64,000 nucleotides of DNA from Paraspadella gotoi. Lineage: Eukaryota > Animalia > Chaetognatha. The stretch spans positions 2,393,273 to 2,457,272 of the forward strand of contig CM119270.1 in NCBI GenBank assembly GCA_051294375.1, read 5' to 3'. Shown here in pieces: positions 1-11,772 of this stretch. The first letter of the stretch is position 1. Every line of letters begins with the position of its first letter. The position numbers and the translations under genes were made by a program. The notes under the pieces were generated by a model. The model saw nothing but the letters and a program-made list of their open reading frames with translations. It ran no database searches and was not told the origin of the DNA.

Positions 1-201
1 GACTTATATTTTTTTAACAAAGCCCAAGCGTCCTCCAATTTTTTTTTTTTGCCAATGACTGTTTGTCCAATTGTAACGCAGAACCTGTAGTTATTAAAGT
101 CTATCCCCCCCAAAAAAGAGGGAGTAACGGAAACCATTGCATTAATTAAAAATTATTGATTCAATCAAGCTTCTCAAGATATTCAAAATTTCAGTCCAAA
201 C

Positions 202-1810
202 CTCGGGTTCCATCCACGGTTATCAACGCTGTGTCCTGATCTTCAGGATTTAGTGTTTTGCAATTTTTTTCATCTTCCCAATTTCCACAATCATTGATGC
301 CATTGCAGCCATGAACTTTTGGATCATAGCACATTCTTGATTGATGTCCGCTTCAAAATTTTATTCATATGGAAATTTTAAATGTGCATTTGATTAAATT
401 GAGAAGAAATGTTTTAGAATAGTTTAACTTAGCTTTTGTTAATCGTTAATTTTTTAGAAACTTTGGTTAACCATTCAAAATTCATTAAAATCAGTTAATT
501 TTATAACTTAAGGTATTTAAAGATGTTTTCTCTTTTACTTAATTTTAATCTTTTATATCAGATACATGATGTAAATATTAAAATTGGTAAATAAATCATT
601 AAAAAAATATAAAAATATTACAATCAAAAATTACCTTGAATTAATTATTAAAATAAGTATATTAATGGTTAACAGTTTAAGGTTATCAAACCCCTAGGTT
701 TGGCTTATAGAAATCTTTTAAGTTGCGCCGCGAGTTCTCGCGGAGCAACTCTATAAGTCACTTTTCGGTCCGTCAGAATGTCTGTCCGTTGGTCTGTCCT
801 ACTTATATTAAAATGCATATAATTTGCCTATAGTTGGTTTCACATTTGTAAAGACAGAAAAAACTAGGTGTCTTAACCGATTAAAGATAATTTTAACTGA
901 TCGGTTAATTTGGTAAAATTAACCGGTTAATTTTCAAATTTACTAATTTAAATTTTTATTTGTTTTATGTATTATAGTTTTCCTTTGCAAAGCTGTCAAC
1001 TATTTCTCAAAACTTTTTCCCCTATTCTCTTTCTTCTTCTTATAATTTTACCATATTAAAAAAAATAAACTATCAACTTTATATTTTCACCTTCACTTTC
1101 ATTTATTTCAATGTTTATTTTAACAATGTAGTTATTTATTACTTTCGTAGTTTCAATTTTTAATCATGTTACTGCTTACTTATTTACATTGGCTAAATGT
1201 ATTTTACTGTACTAACTGAATTTTAATTTCCTTTAATTTCCCTTTCTCAATCTAACTGTCCTTAACATGTACACATTGTACAGATCTGCTCAAAAAAAGT
1301 TTAAACTTTGAACCCGATACTATCTCACTTGTTTGTCGTCCTATTAAATAAAACTTGGATTCATTTGAAAGCCAAGACAAATATCTTTCATTCAAAATTT
1401 TAGCATTTTAACCGTTAATTAAAATTTTAAAAATTAACCATTTTATTGACGCCTAGAAAAACCCTCAATTTCAAGGGACTGCTAGCGCCGGCTTCAGGAA
1501 TTCCTAAAACTATAAAGAATAAAAGACAAAATTTTGATGTAGCGCATGTTATAAATACACGGGCAAAGACAGTTTTTAGTCATGTTATATGTAATGTCAT
1601 ATCATGTGATCAAAAGGAAATACACATGAATATAAAGTCACTGCGGCGCAACACATTGGAATTACCGTTCTTGTTTTTCTTATTTTTAGTCGGATCTGGT
1701 TATCAGCAGATCCTGACTCATAATTCACTTTGTCGGTCCGACGGTCCGCCCCCTCAATATTGTCGGGCACTAACTTATATCATGTCAGAACATCGAATTA
1801 TGATAAATTA

Positions 1811-1853
<43 letters not shown>

Positions 1854-4800
1854 CCGTCCGTCCGTCCCACCTTAGCAAAAAACACCAATTACTCGTGATT
1901 GGATGGATGGATTGGAATGAAATTTTGTGTGTGGGTAGGGAAGTGTGTGATTGAGCTGTATATGAAGTATATATGATGTTTCGATGGAATCGTCCGAGTG
2001 GAAATGAGTTTATGGAAAAAATAAAAAAATAATTTCACTATTTGAATACCAATTACTCAAGAGTGATGGGGCGATTGACTTGAAATTTTGTATTTGGGTA
2101 GGAAAGTGTGTGATTGAGCTGGAAATCAAGTTTCGATGGAATCGTTAGAGTGGAAATGAGTTTAAATGGAAAAAAACAAAAAACCTGTTTCACTAATTGA
2201 TTATGCTTCTTTTTCCTATTATATTAAATGTAAATGAAGGATGTATTAATAAATCAAATAATTAATCAGTAAATTAATGAATTAGTCAATTAATTAATCA
2301 ATAATTAATTAATTAGTCAATCAATCCGTCCATCCGTCCCATCTTAAGAAAAAGCTCCAATAACTCGTGATTGGCTGGTTGGATTGGAATGAAATTTTGT
2401 GTCTGGGTAGGACAGTGTGAGATGAAGCTGGATATAAAGTTTCGATGGAATCGTGCAAGTGGAAATGAGTTTAAATGGAAAAAACATAAGTTGCATTTAC
2501 TAAAATATTTTTATTTATTTTAACCAATAAATACTCTATTTAATCATAATTAGATGGATAGATTGAGTTGAAATTTTGTGTGTGGGTAGGAAAGCGTGTG
2601 ACGAAGCTTGATACAAAGTTTCGATGGAAACGTACGAATGGAAATGAGTTTAAATAAAAAAAATATGAGTCACATTTACTTGAATCTTTTTGCTTTCACG
2701 ATCTTGTTAGTCCTGCAATGTTACTTATTTTAACCCATAATTACTCGAATAATCATAATTGAATTAATAGATTGAAAAGAAAGTGTGTGAAGAAGCTTGA
2801 TATAAAGTTTTGATGGAATTGTGCCAGTGGAAATGAGTTTAAATGGAAAAAACATTAGTCACATCTACTTGATCTTTTTTATTTATGATTACTAATAAAT
2901 GTTTTAATTAATTAATGAATTAATTTTAAAAAATGATACAATTTAAAAAATTATGCAAGTTGAAAAAATTATGCAAGTTGAAAAAAATATGCAAGTTGAA
3001 AAAAATATGCAAGTTGAAAAAAATATGCAAGTTGAAAAAATTATGCAAGTTGAAAAAATTATGCAAGTTGAAAAAAATTATGCAGGTTGAAAAAATTATG
3101 CAAGTTGAAAAAATTATGCAAGTTGAAAAAATTATGCAAGTTGAAAAATTATGCAAGTTGAAAAAATTATGCAAGTTGAAAAATTATGCAAGTTGAAGAA
3201 ATTATGCAAGTTGAAAAAATGATGCAAGTTAAAAAAAAATAATGCAAATTGTAAAAATGATGTAAATTGAAAAAATGATGAGTTGAAAAATTATGTGCAT
3301 GGAAAAAATTATGCGAGTTAAAAAATGATGCGAGTTAAAAAAAAATTTAAAAAAATATTGTGATATACGATTAGCAGATTACCGCTTAATTATTGTAGGC
3401 AGATCCGACATTGTTTGCTCAAACTTGTTAAACTAACATTGACTCATAAGGATTAAAAATTTGCTTACTTGCTCATTCGAACATTGCAAGATCGCCATTT
3501 TTCTGGACAAAAGCATCGGTCAACGTTTTTGTCGACCACATTCTCCGCGCACTCATACTCCGATCCTTGAACAAGTGACATCAAAGAATTATTTGTTATT
3601 CCTCATTTGAGAGTTGTATTCCCTTTTTTATTTCAATTTTATTTTAATTTCAATTTTTTTCTTTACTGTTTTATCTTTTTTACTACCAATTTATTTAAAT
3701 TTTCTGTTTGATTAATTCAAAAACTATTGAATTATTATAAAATTCTTAGATTTTATAGATATTTAATATTAAATATGTTTTGACATATTAGATTATTGAA
3801 ACATTTTGAAAACAATTTTATATCTTTCAAATTTTAGTGTTGAGTCTCCTGTTAACAGATTTAACTGTGACGATTTAACTCCGAGGTTAATTAAAATTCT
3901 TTGGTGTCACTCGTATAGAGATACTAAGTAAGTATTACCATCTTTTCTTCTGCAGCGACAAACTTTATTTTTCCTGTTTAAAAATAGAAAATTTAGAATT
4001 ATTACACGATAGAGATGTGGTTTTTGCTCATAAACTAACTTAGTATCTTTCTAGAAGAGCTGTTGATGGGAATCAGTGGACGAAAACACGAGATTCCAGA
4101 CATTTTTTAAAGAAAGAAAAACATTTCTAACTCGTTTGCATTTGCTGTTGTCATTGTACAAAAATGGATTCATCGCATTTTGTTACTCGACCATCAACTC
4201 TCAACTGGAAAGACTCTACGTTTATGTAGATAAGGCGCTTCGTGGGCTGAAGATGACAGTCCGTAACTTCAATAAGCCCCTCTAGCAGCCATGGAACGGG
4301 ACCCTGGGCTTGGAACAAAGCTTGAGGGTTTGCCACGCCCCCAAGGCGGCTTACGGCCATCCCCACGCTTTCTGCAAGGGAGGTACCGGGTTGGGATTGA
4401 ACCCGGTACCTATGATGGCTTCACTCAATGAACTACCGGGTCACGACTGAAAGTGTCATGCTTTTAGGCGAGGTGAACTGATGCAATGCCCGACTACACA
4501 TATAAAAAAAGCTTCGAGATAAAGCAACAGACGGAAAAATGCTACAAATTGAGAGTTACTTGATGGAGAGCTCGCATAAAGCGGAGTCGATGCTGTCCCA
4601 GGAACAGGGTACCTCTTTTCTCTCTTCCCAATAACACGTTTCTGAGCAACATTCATTTTTTAATTGCTCTTTATGATCCTCGTTGCAAGATTTCGTCTGT
4701 CCCCTCACCTTTCTGTCAAAAACAAAAATAAAATTATTTTGTTACAAAACACGAACGGTTGAAGACTGGCGGCCTCGGAGCAGCACCCTCGCTTAACTTC

Positions 4801-5720
4801 CCCCCAGCCTTAGACTTAGACTTTGTCGTTGACCAATGGGAAGAAGGGAAAGGGAAAATGACAATATGGGTGATATAAGATAGACTAAATGTTTGGTTAA
4901 TGGTTAAGACTCAATTCCGTCCATTTCCGTCGATCTTTTTTGAACATCATCATTAGATGAAACAGAGAATTTTGATTTTCACAACGAATTTATTTAGATT
5001 AAAAACAGACATGTTTCGAACGTGTTTTCGTTCTTCATCAGTGTTTGAGTTTTGAAAATGTTATTCAAAATATATTTCAATTTTAATAAATATCAACATC
5101 AATATCTAAATATGAATATCATGAACGAAATGGACTTATAGACAAACTTAGTTGATCTAGTGACGTGATTGCTCTTCCCACGGGCGGTTAGAGGGGGGAC
5201 ACCCTCGCCTTAAGGGGAGAAAAAAAAAAGAAGAAAAATAAGAATAAAGTATACAGAGACATAAAATGAGAAGCAATATAATATCAAGAAACAGGACACA
5301 GGATATCGAACATAAACAATAATATAATGAAGAGACAGACAGAGAAAGAAAGAGAGAAAGACAGAAGGACAAGAAAGAAGAGAGCACAGATGAGAGACCG
5401 AACAACATAAATTACATCATACAGACCGCACAATATGGACTCATCCTACATTAACACATCTTATCAGAATTACATATGACTAGTAAACTACACCGGCAAT
5501 TTGTTTTTTTACCTCTGGAGAAAAAAACTTGTGGCACGCTTTTTGTTTAGGGTAAATATTTTGGGAAGACTTCGTATTGAAACATTTTTTTTACCTGTTA
5601 AAAATTGGGATATTATTTGTAGAACAGTTAAATATTTTTACAGTGTAAGGTTTTTATCTCACCATCTGATGGATTTTCGAGTGCAAGAAAGCACAAAAGG
5701 GTAAAATACCAAAGTTGCAT
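202..5720 (-). CDS. 5' part (6 exons) of a tandem paralog of the 11773-17863 gene: signal peptide, Gla-type propeptide, Gla-like module, Cys-rich segment, LDLa; continues beyond the window start
   Basis: GT-AG exons in consistent phase: 5720-5663 (MQLWYFTLLCFLALENPSD), 5594-5513 (GKKNVSIRSLPKIFTLNKKRATSFFLQR), 4712-4560 (KVRGQTKSCNEDHKEQLKNECCSETCYWEERKEVPCSWDSIDSALCELSI), 3973-3939 (KNKVCRCRRKD), 3565-3469 (GSEYECAENVVDKNVDRCFCPEKWRSCNVRMS), 350-202 (GHQSRMCYDPKVHGCNGINDCGNWEDEKNCKTLNPEDQDTALITVDGTR). Each aligns with an exon of the downstream gene. Confidence 0.9.
716..800 (+). mobile_element. 5' fragment of a Helentron-associated (HINE/DINE-1-like) element
   Basis: T-run, then hairpin agttgc-gc-cgcgag-tt-ctcgcg-ga-gcaact, then GTCY-type microsatellite (ggtccgtc...tgtctgtccgttggtctgtcc); same layout as the element at 1684. 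Confidence 0.5.
1880..2880. repeat. About five diverged 150-250 bp tandem units inside the HINE-like element
   Basis: Recurring tgaaattttgtgtgtgggtagg...aagtgtgtga...tttcgatggaatcgt...gtggaaatgagtttaaatggaaaaaa. Confidence 0.85.
2945..3340. repeat. 18-20 bp minisatellite (aaaaaattatgcaagttg)n
   Basis: Direct reading; source of the spurious KLKKLC/FFNLHN ORFs. Confidence 0.95.
3570..3915. mobile_element. MITE with about 20-bp imperfect TIRs filling almost all of a paralog-specific intron
   Basis: agtgacatcaaagaatt (3574-3590) versus aattctttggtgtcact (3895-3911): 16/17 inverted match; right end reads ...cactcgTA (Tc1/mariner-like). Confidence 0.65.
4225..4498 (-). mobile_element. tRNA-headed SINE-like element, family 1, with degenerate P5-type twister ribozyme
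   Basis: Reverse complement aligns along its length to 22042-22326; A-box-like cggtagttcattg, B-box ggttcaatccc; twister motif GCGT-G-G-GGA-TGGCCG-TAA-GCC-GC-[cttg..caag]-ctttg-TTCCAAGC-ccagg. Confidence 0.8.
5003..5046 (-). ncRNA. Minimal type I hammerhead ribozyme (Penelope-LTR/retrozyme type)
   Basis: Minus strand reads aaaca-CTGATGA-a-gaacg(aaaaca)cgttc-GAAA-catg-TC-tgttt: intact core, stem I aaaca/tgttt, stem II gaacg/cgttc, palindromic ACATGT stem III, GUC cleavage triplet. Confidence 0.85.
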
Positions 5721-7546
5721 TTTAAATTTGGTCCATACCTAAATTAAATTTTAAAAAAGATTGGTATTTTTGTTTGAAACGAAAATTAATTTTAAAAGTT
5801 TTATAAACACTCAGATTTTCTTACATGAACAAGAGCAAGTTGAATATATCTAAGTGCAGGTACTTAAGGAGAACCGTTTTTATACCTACTCAACTAAAAA
5901 ACATACGATTTTTTTCTAAACTGGATATCTGAGGAGCACCAAAACTAGATATTCCAGTTTTTATTTGCACCGTCAGAAATCGCCAGATCTGCAATCATCT
6001 ACGATTTTTCCACCATTTTTCTTTGATTCTTGGTTTTTGCCAGGCAGAGAGAAAGAGACCAGAAACAAGAGTCAAAAAAGTTTTTATTGCTTGGTACTTA
6101 AAACTAAAGTTACCATTCAGAATCACAAGCAAGGTAAAACTACATCAAGCAACATTTTTTGGACCTTTTATGACCTTGACCTCGGAAATTGGGTCGTGAA
6201 TCTCAAAGTTTTTTCTCCAAAGCCTCTTTTCAAATTAATTGGATAGAATCGGATTCGCTTCGGTGATTTTTGACTTAAAATCATTTATAATTAAAAAAAA
6301 AAAACCGTCTAATCTTCGTCAACTAATAATACCCGGTTATCCAAAAAAACTATGCTTTGATGCCGAATTTTTTTGGGGGATTTTTTCCTTTGACCAAAAG
6401 TGTTTGATTGGGCATTTCTTGGCAAGTATCGAGCTTGTCTTTCTGATATTGAGAAAATGTACTATAGCCTTGTCCAGTTATCGTGAAATTCGGTAAAATT
6501 CATTTTCTATTGCCTCGTAGTAATGTTCAATTTATTTTCTACTTAACGACGTAATAACATCTATTATTATCTAATAATATCATCATTTTTTATACAAACC
6601 ATCGAAATGTTAAAAAAAATTATGTTTTTTTTTCTTCGTATAATATTTTGATTAAACAAAATCGTTTGTTCAATGAATGGTACACTTTTGTTAGACATCT
6701 GGGTAAAGCAACTCGTATCGATTGCCGTGGCATTTGACACGACCGTGGCCGGAAGACTCGACGATCAGTCAAAATCTGGGTCTGGGTATAATTAATGTGG
6801 ACGGTAAAAGAAAAAAAAAAAACACCGATCGGCTTCGATAAATTTTGAAATATTCGGCAACCAAAAAAGACATCGCTAAAATAACAAAAAAAGTATAAAT
6901 ATTTTAAAGTTAGATTGATTAGGTTGGTTGAAACGTAGTAAGTACTTAAAAAGTTAATTTTTTAATCATTAGAAATTTGCCTTTAGAAAGGGTCAGAGAT
7001 TTAGGATGCAGGAACACATATTAAGACAAAAGAGAATCAAAAATACTTTTTTGCCGCAAAAATTAATAGATTGGCTCTTTAAGTATTTTTCACAGCAGGA
7101 TTAGTTGTTTTCGCCAACACAGCTGAATTTATTTATCATTAGGTAAGCTCTTTTGATGTACGTGGCGCGGGTTTGCGTCTTTATTGTCGTCTNNNNNNNN
7201 NNNNNNNNNNNNNNNNNNNNNNNNNNNNNNNNNNNNNNNNNNNNNNNNNNNNNNNNNNNNNNNNNNNNNNNNNNNNNNNNNNNNNNNNNNNNNNNNNNNN
7301 NNNNNNNNNNNNNNNNNNNNNNNNNNNNNNNNNNNNNNNNNNNNNNNNNNNNNNNNNNNNNNNNNNNNNNNNNNNNNNNNNNNNNNNNNNNNNNNNNNNN
7401 NNNNNNNNNNNNNNNNNNNNNNNNNNNNNNNNNNNNNNNNNNNNNNNNNNNNNNNNNNNNNNNNNNNNNNNNNNNNNNNNNNNNNNNNNNNNNNNNNNNN
7501 NNNNNNNNNNNNNNNNNNNNNNNNNNNNNNNNNNNNNNNNNNNNNN

Positions 7547-7950
<404 letters not shown>

Positions 7951-8499
7951 AACTTTATTTTTTCTCTAATTGGTCGAACTAAATTTTACGTCAAACAGTG
8001 TTTGTAGTTTTTCAAGACACCAATGGCACCAAAGCGGTTTACGTCCATCCTCACGTTTCCCTTTGGTTAAAGACCGGTTTGGCTTTACTCGATGAGACAC
8101 CGGGACAGGAATAAGGGCGTGATATGTAAATTGCGAAATGAACCCGGTCAATTCCCGCTACACATTTGGTGAATAACTAACAACTATGTTTTTAATTTCT
8201 CTTTCAATAAATCAATTTTTAAACAAAGAAAGCACGTCTTAAACAGGAAATAAATTGTTTTTCACCTCATTATCCGTTCTTGCCCAACAAGCATCTTACC
8301 TTTCCTTCTTTCCTCACCCTATTGGCCCTTCCCAACTCAATTCCTCCCCACTTCACCAACCACCACCCCTCCACATCCCAACCTTTTTCCCCCTAGGGAT
8401 GGCGTCACAGTTGGTCGTCAAGGTGTTTTGTATTGTCCCCCTGGGAGCAGTGAAAAGAAAATCCGCGATGGGAGAAAAATAAAAAGAAACGCTGCTTTT

Positions 8500-9560
8500 T
8501 CAACCTTTTTTCCCCTTTTTCTCTCTCTCTTTTATATTTCTTTCCTTTTCTCCCTTTTTTTCTTTCCACCACTTTTTTTCTTCTTCTTCCTACTTTTTTC
8601 CCTTTCTTTCATTTCCTCCTTTTTTTCCTTTCCTCCTTTTTTCGCTCACATTTCTTTCTTTTTATTCCCTTTTTTCTTTCCTCCTTTTTTCCCTCTTTTT
8701 TTCTATTTTCCCTTTTTTTCCTTTCTTCCCTTTCCTTTCTTTCCTTTTTTCTTTTCTTCTCTCTTTTTTTCCTTTTTTCCCTTTTTTCTTTCTTTTTTTT
8801 ATTCTTTTTCTTTCCTTTCCTTCCTTCTTTAAATTTTTTTTCCTTTCCTCTTTTTGTCTCTCACATTTCTTTTTCTTCCCTCTTTTGTCTATCTTTCATT
8901 TTTCCTTCCTTTTTTTTTTCTTTCTTCCCTTTCCTTCTTTTCCTCTCTTCCTTTCCTTCTTTCCTCCCTTTTCTCCATTATCTCTCCGCTAATTTCGTAG
9001 GCCGGGATTTTTTCCTGTGGCTCCTCAGCTTCTCTTTCGTCTGTTTTTTTTCTCTTTTCTTTTCCTTTTCCTCTCTTCTCTTCTCTAGTCTTTCAACCAA
9101 TATAAAAATTATTCATTCATTTACTCAATTTTATTAAAATAAAAAAATAAAATATCACACACCTAATAATAATATATAAAATATATATTTTATTTTCATT
9201 ATTTTTCGTCTTTTATCTTTCAATATTTCTTCTTTTCCTCTCTTGTTTTCTTTTTTGTTCTTTCTTCCTTTCTTTTTCTCCTTCTCTTTCTTTCCCCTAC
9301 TTTCTTTTTTTCCTTTCTTTTTCTCCTTCTCTTTATTTCCCCCACTTTCTTTTTTTCCTTTCTTTTTCTCCTTCTCTTTCTTTCCCCCACTTTCTTTTTT
9401 TTTGTTTCTTTTTCTCCTTCTCTTTCTTTCCGCCACTTTATTTTTTTCCTTTCTTTTCCCCCTGCCTTTTTTCCCCTCTTCTCTCTCTTCCTCATCTCAT
9501 TCTCACGCGATTCCTCTCGCTCTCTCGATTTCTCGCCTTTCCTCTCGCTCTCTCGATTTC
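8500..9560. repeat. Polypyrimidine low-complexity tract with about 45-bp internal repeats
   Basis: Almost pure C/T; ttcctttctttttctccttctctttctttccccc repeated at about 9265-9430. Confidence 0.9.
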
Positions 9561-10375
9561 TCTTTCGACGAAATTCCCTAGAGATTGTTCCCCACCATTT
9601 AGAGGAAATAATTATATAATGAACGCCTTAATATAACCAAATAGGAAATGTTTGTACATATAAACAGACTGTGGCATTTCTGATTAATAGGAGTTTTATC
9701 TGTTTCATCTCTGAGTGAAATCAAAGAGAAAAGATTCAGAATTGCATTATTTAATATATATGAGGAGATGCAAAGTAAATGCAAAAAACCGAAAATTAGG
9801 AAACTGGTAATAAAGGATCATAAATAAATAATAAATGATAAATGATAATAATTCGTCTTTTCACTTTGGACTTTGGACAGGCTTTGGTGGGTTAAAGGCC
9901 CCATTGTTGTCACAAGTTAAAACATCGCAATACTCTGCAATGTGTTATACATCACTGAATTAAAATTTAAACTCCCTAATATTATTAGTAATAAGGCTAA
10001 AAAACAGGTGCAATTAGAATAAACTGAGCAAATCAATGTGCAATTCCTAGATATAAAGTGTAAAAAAGTGTAAAAACTCAATGCACAAAAGCGACGGTAC
10101 GAACAGCCGCAGCTTTTTTAAACTCACCCAGCAGCGAAGCGGCCGATAACTGGGTAAGTGCCTCTCTTGTCCGGAGTAGGTCTCCTTCAAGAGGGTAAGT
10201 AAGAAACCTTTGAAGAGGTTCACCTCTAAAGGCTTTTTAATGATGGCTCGTCAAAAAATAGCTGAGCTCTGCGTATTCCTTTCTCCCGGGTGGAACTGAA
10301 GGTCCGAGAAACTTTTCCGCAAAACTCTCCACTTTTTCGTCCATGCACTCTCTCTCACTTTCTCTCTGTCTCCCT

Positions 10376-10460
<85 letters not shown>

Positions 10461-11380
10461 AATGTTGTCTCGCTCTCCCCATGTTTATGAGCCAGACGTA
10501 AGGAGCGGAGCTTATATTCCTTTGTTTTTTTTTCCATGGTGGCGATGGAATTGGTCCCATAAAGCAAGAGGTTGTCCTGCGTTTCGGTCCTGATTAATTT
10601 TCATTATTTTATTCCACTTCTCTTCTCTTATTTTGTTTTTCGTAAAAGTGGACCAATTAAGTTTATATTCCAAACTACTCAAACGGGTTTTTTTTTCTTC
10701 GTTTTACGTAGTATGTTAGTTTTATACATTTATTATCTTTTCATAAATTATCTATGGACTTTCATGATAACGCTATTCGAAAGAGTCAAGTAATTGATTC
10801 GCCAAAATCTTTTTCGTCTAACAATTAAAACAATTAAAAACAAATTAGTTTTGAGAATTTTGTTTTATATATACTTCGTATGTATATTATAAATCATGAT
10901 ACAAAAAGGCGTAACTTGTCTAATCACTAAATGTTTAAATTTCGCCTATTTATAGGAAGATTTCGCTTATATATATACACCGATCGAAAATAGGGGGCGG
11001 GGACCGGGGGGCGGGGGGGGTGGTAATTACGGGTGGAAAGATGACAGAGAAAAATATTTAATATGAAAGAAAAAACAGTGAAATATGGCAGAGTTATAAG
11101 ACACATGCAACGGTTATAATGTTTGTAGTTTCGAAAACAATTTAAAAACTTGAAGCATCGTAAAATGTCATTTCATGAGTATTAAAAAAACTTTTGCACA
11201 AAACAATTGGCAAAAAAAAGGAATATTAAATGCGCCCCGTCCTATTACAACTTGTTAACAGGTCGTTCAACAACATAATATAACCATAGACCAACCTACA
11301 ACATTATGTATTCATAAAACTATTGACAAGTTTTGTTAACTTTGTTAAATTTGAAACAGTTTCTTAAAATAAAACGACTA

Positions 11381-11724
11381 CAGAAGGTTTCATATTATAA
11401 AATAAGGTACCCCTTTTTTGTGACCAGAGCACGTTCCTAGAAAACTACTGGACAAAATTTATTGAAATTAAGTATGAATGATCCCTATTTAAATACGAAT
11501 AGAACTATCGCGTCGAATTTCAATATTTTACCCCTGAGCCGAGATATGGGGCCCCAGAGGGGTCACCCTTAGGGGCAAAAAATTGTTTTCATTATTTTTG
11601 TTTTTAACAGTTGCATAGAATTTTACTTTAAATGTAAAATTTCATGAAATTCGATCAGATAGTTTGGTAGGAACAGATTCTGGTCACAAAAATGGGGTAC
11701 CTCTTTTTAATATGAAGCCTTCTG
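11381..11724. mobile_element. Tc1/mariner-type MITE just downstream of the mosaic gene's stop codon
   Basis: TA|CAGAAGGtttcatatta...aaggtacccc-ttttttgtgaccaga at left and tctggtcacaaaaatggggtacct...taatatgaagCCTTCTG|TA at right: long imperfect TIRs and TA target duplication. Confidence 0.85.
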
Positions 11725-11772
11725 TAGATAAGTAATGAATGATACTATTTATACTACCATACTAACAACAAA

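Larger units (their letters stand above)
1684..3430 (+). mobile_element. Non-autonomous Helentron-associated (HINE/DINE-1-like) element with internal tandem repeats, in an intron of the paralog
   Basis: 5' subTIR gtcggatctg (1689-1698) with adjacent partial IR cagatcctgac, (GTCT/GTCC)n at 1811-1868, internal tandem arrays, 3' subTIR cagatccgac (3400-3409), short hairpin gtttgctcaaac, T-rich ends. Confidence 0.75.

Noticed and set aside
2926-3196. Repetitive ORFs KLKKLC/FFNLHN
   Set aside because: Translations of an intronic minisatellite; not CRISPR either, as there are no unique spacers.
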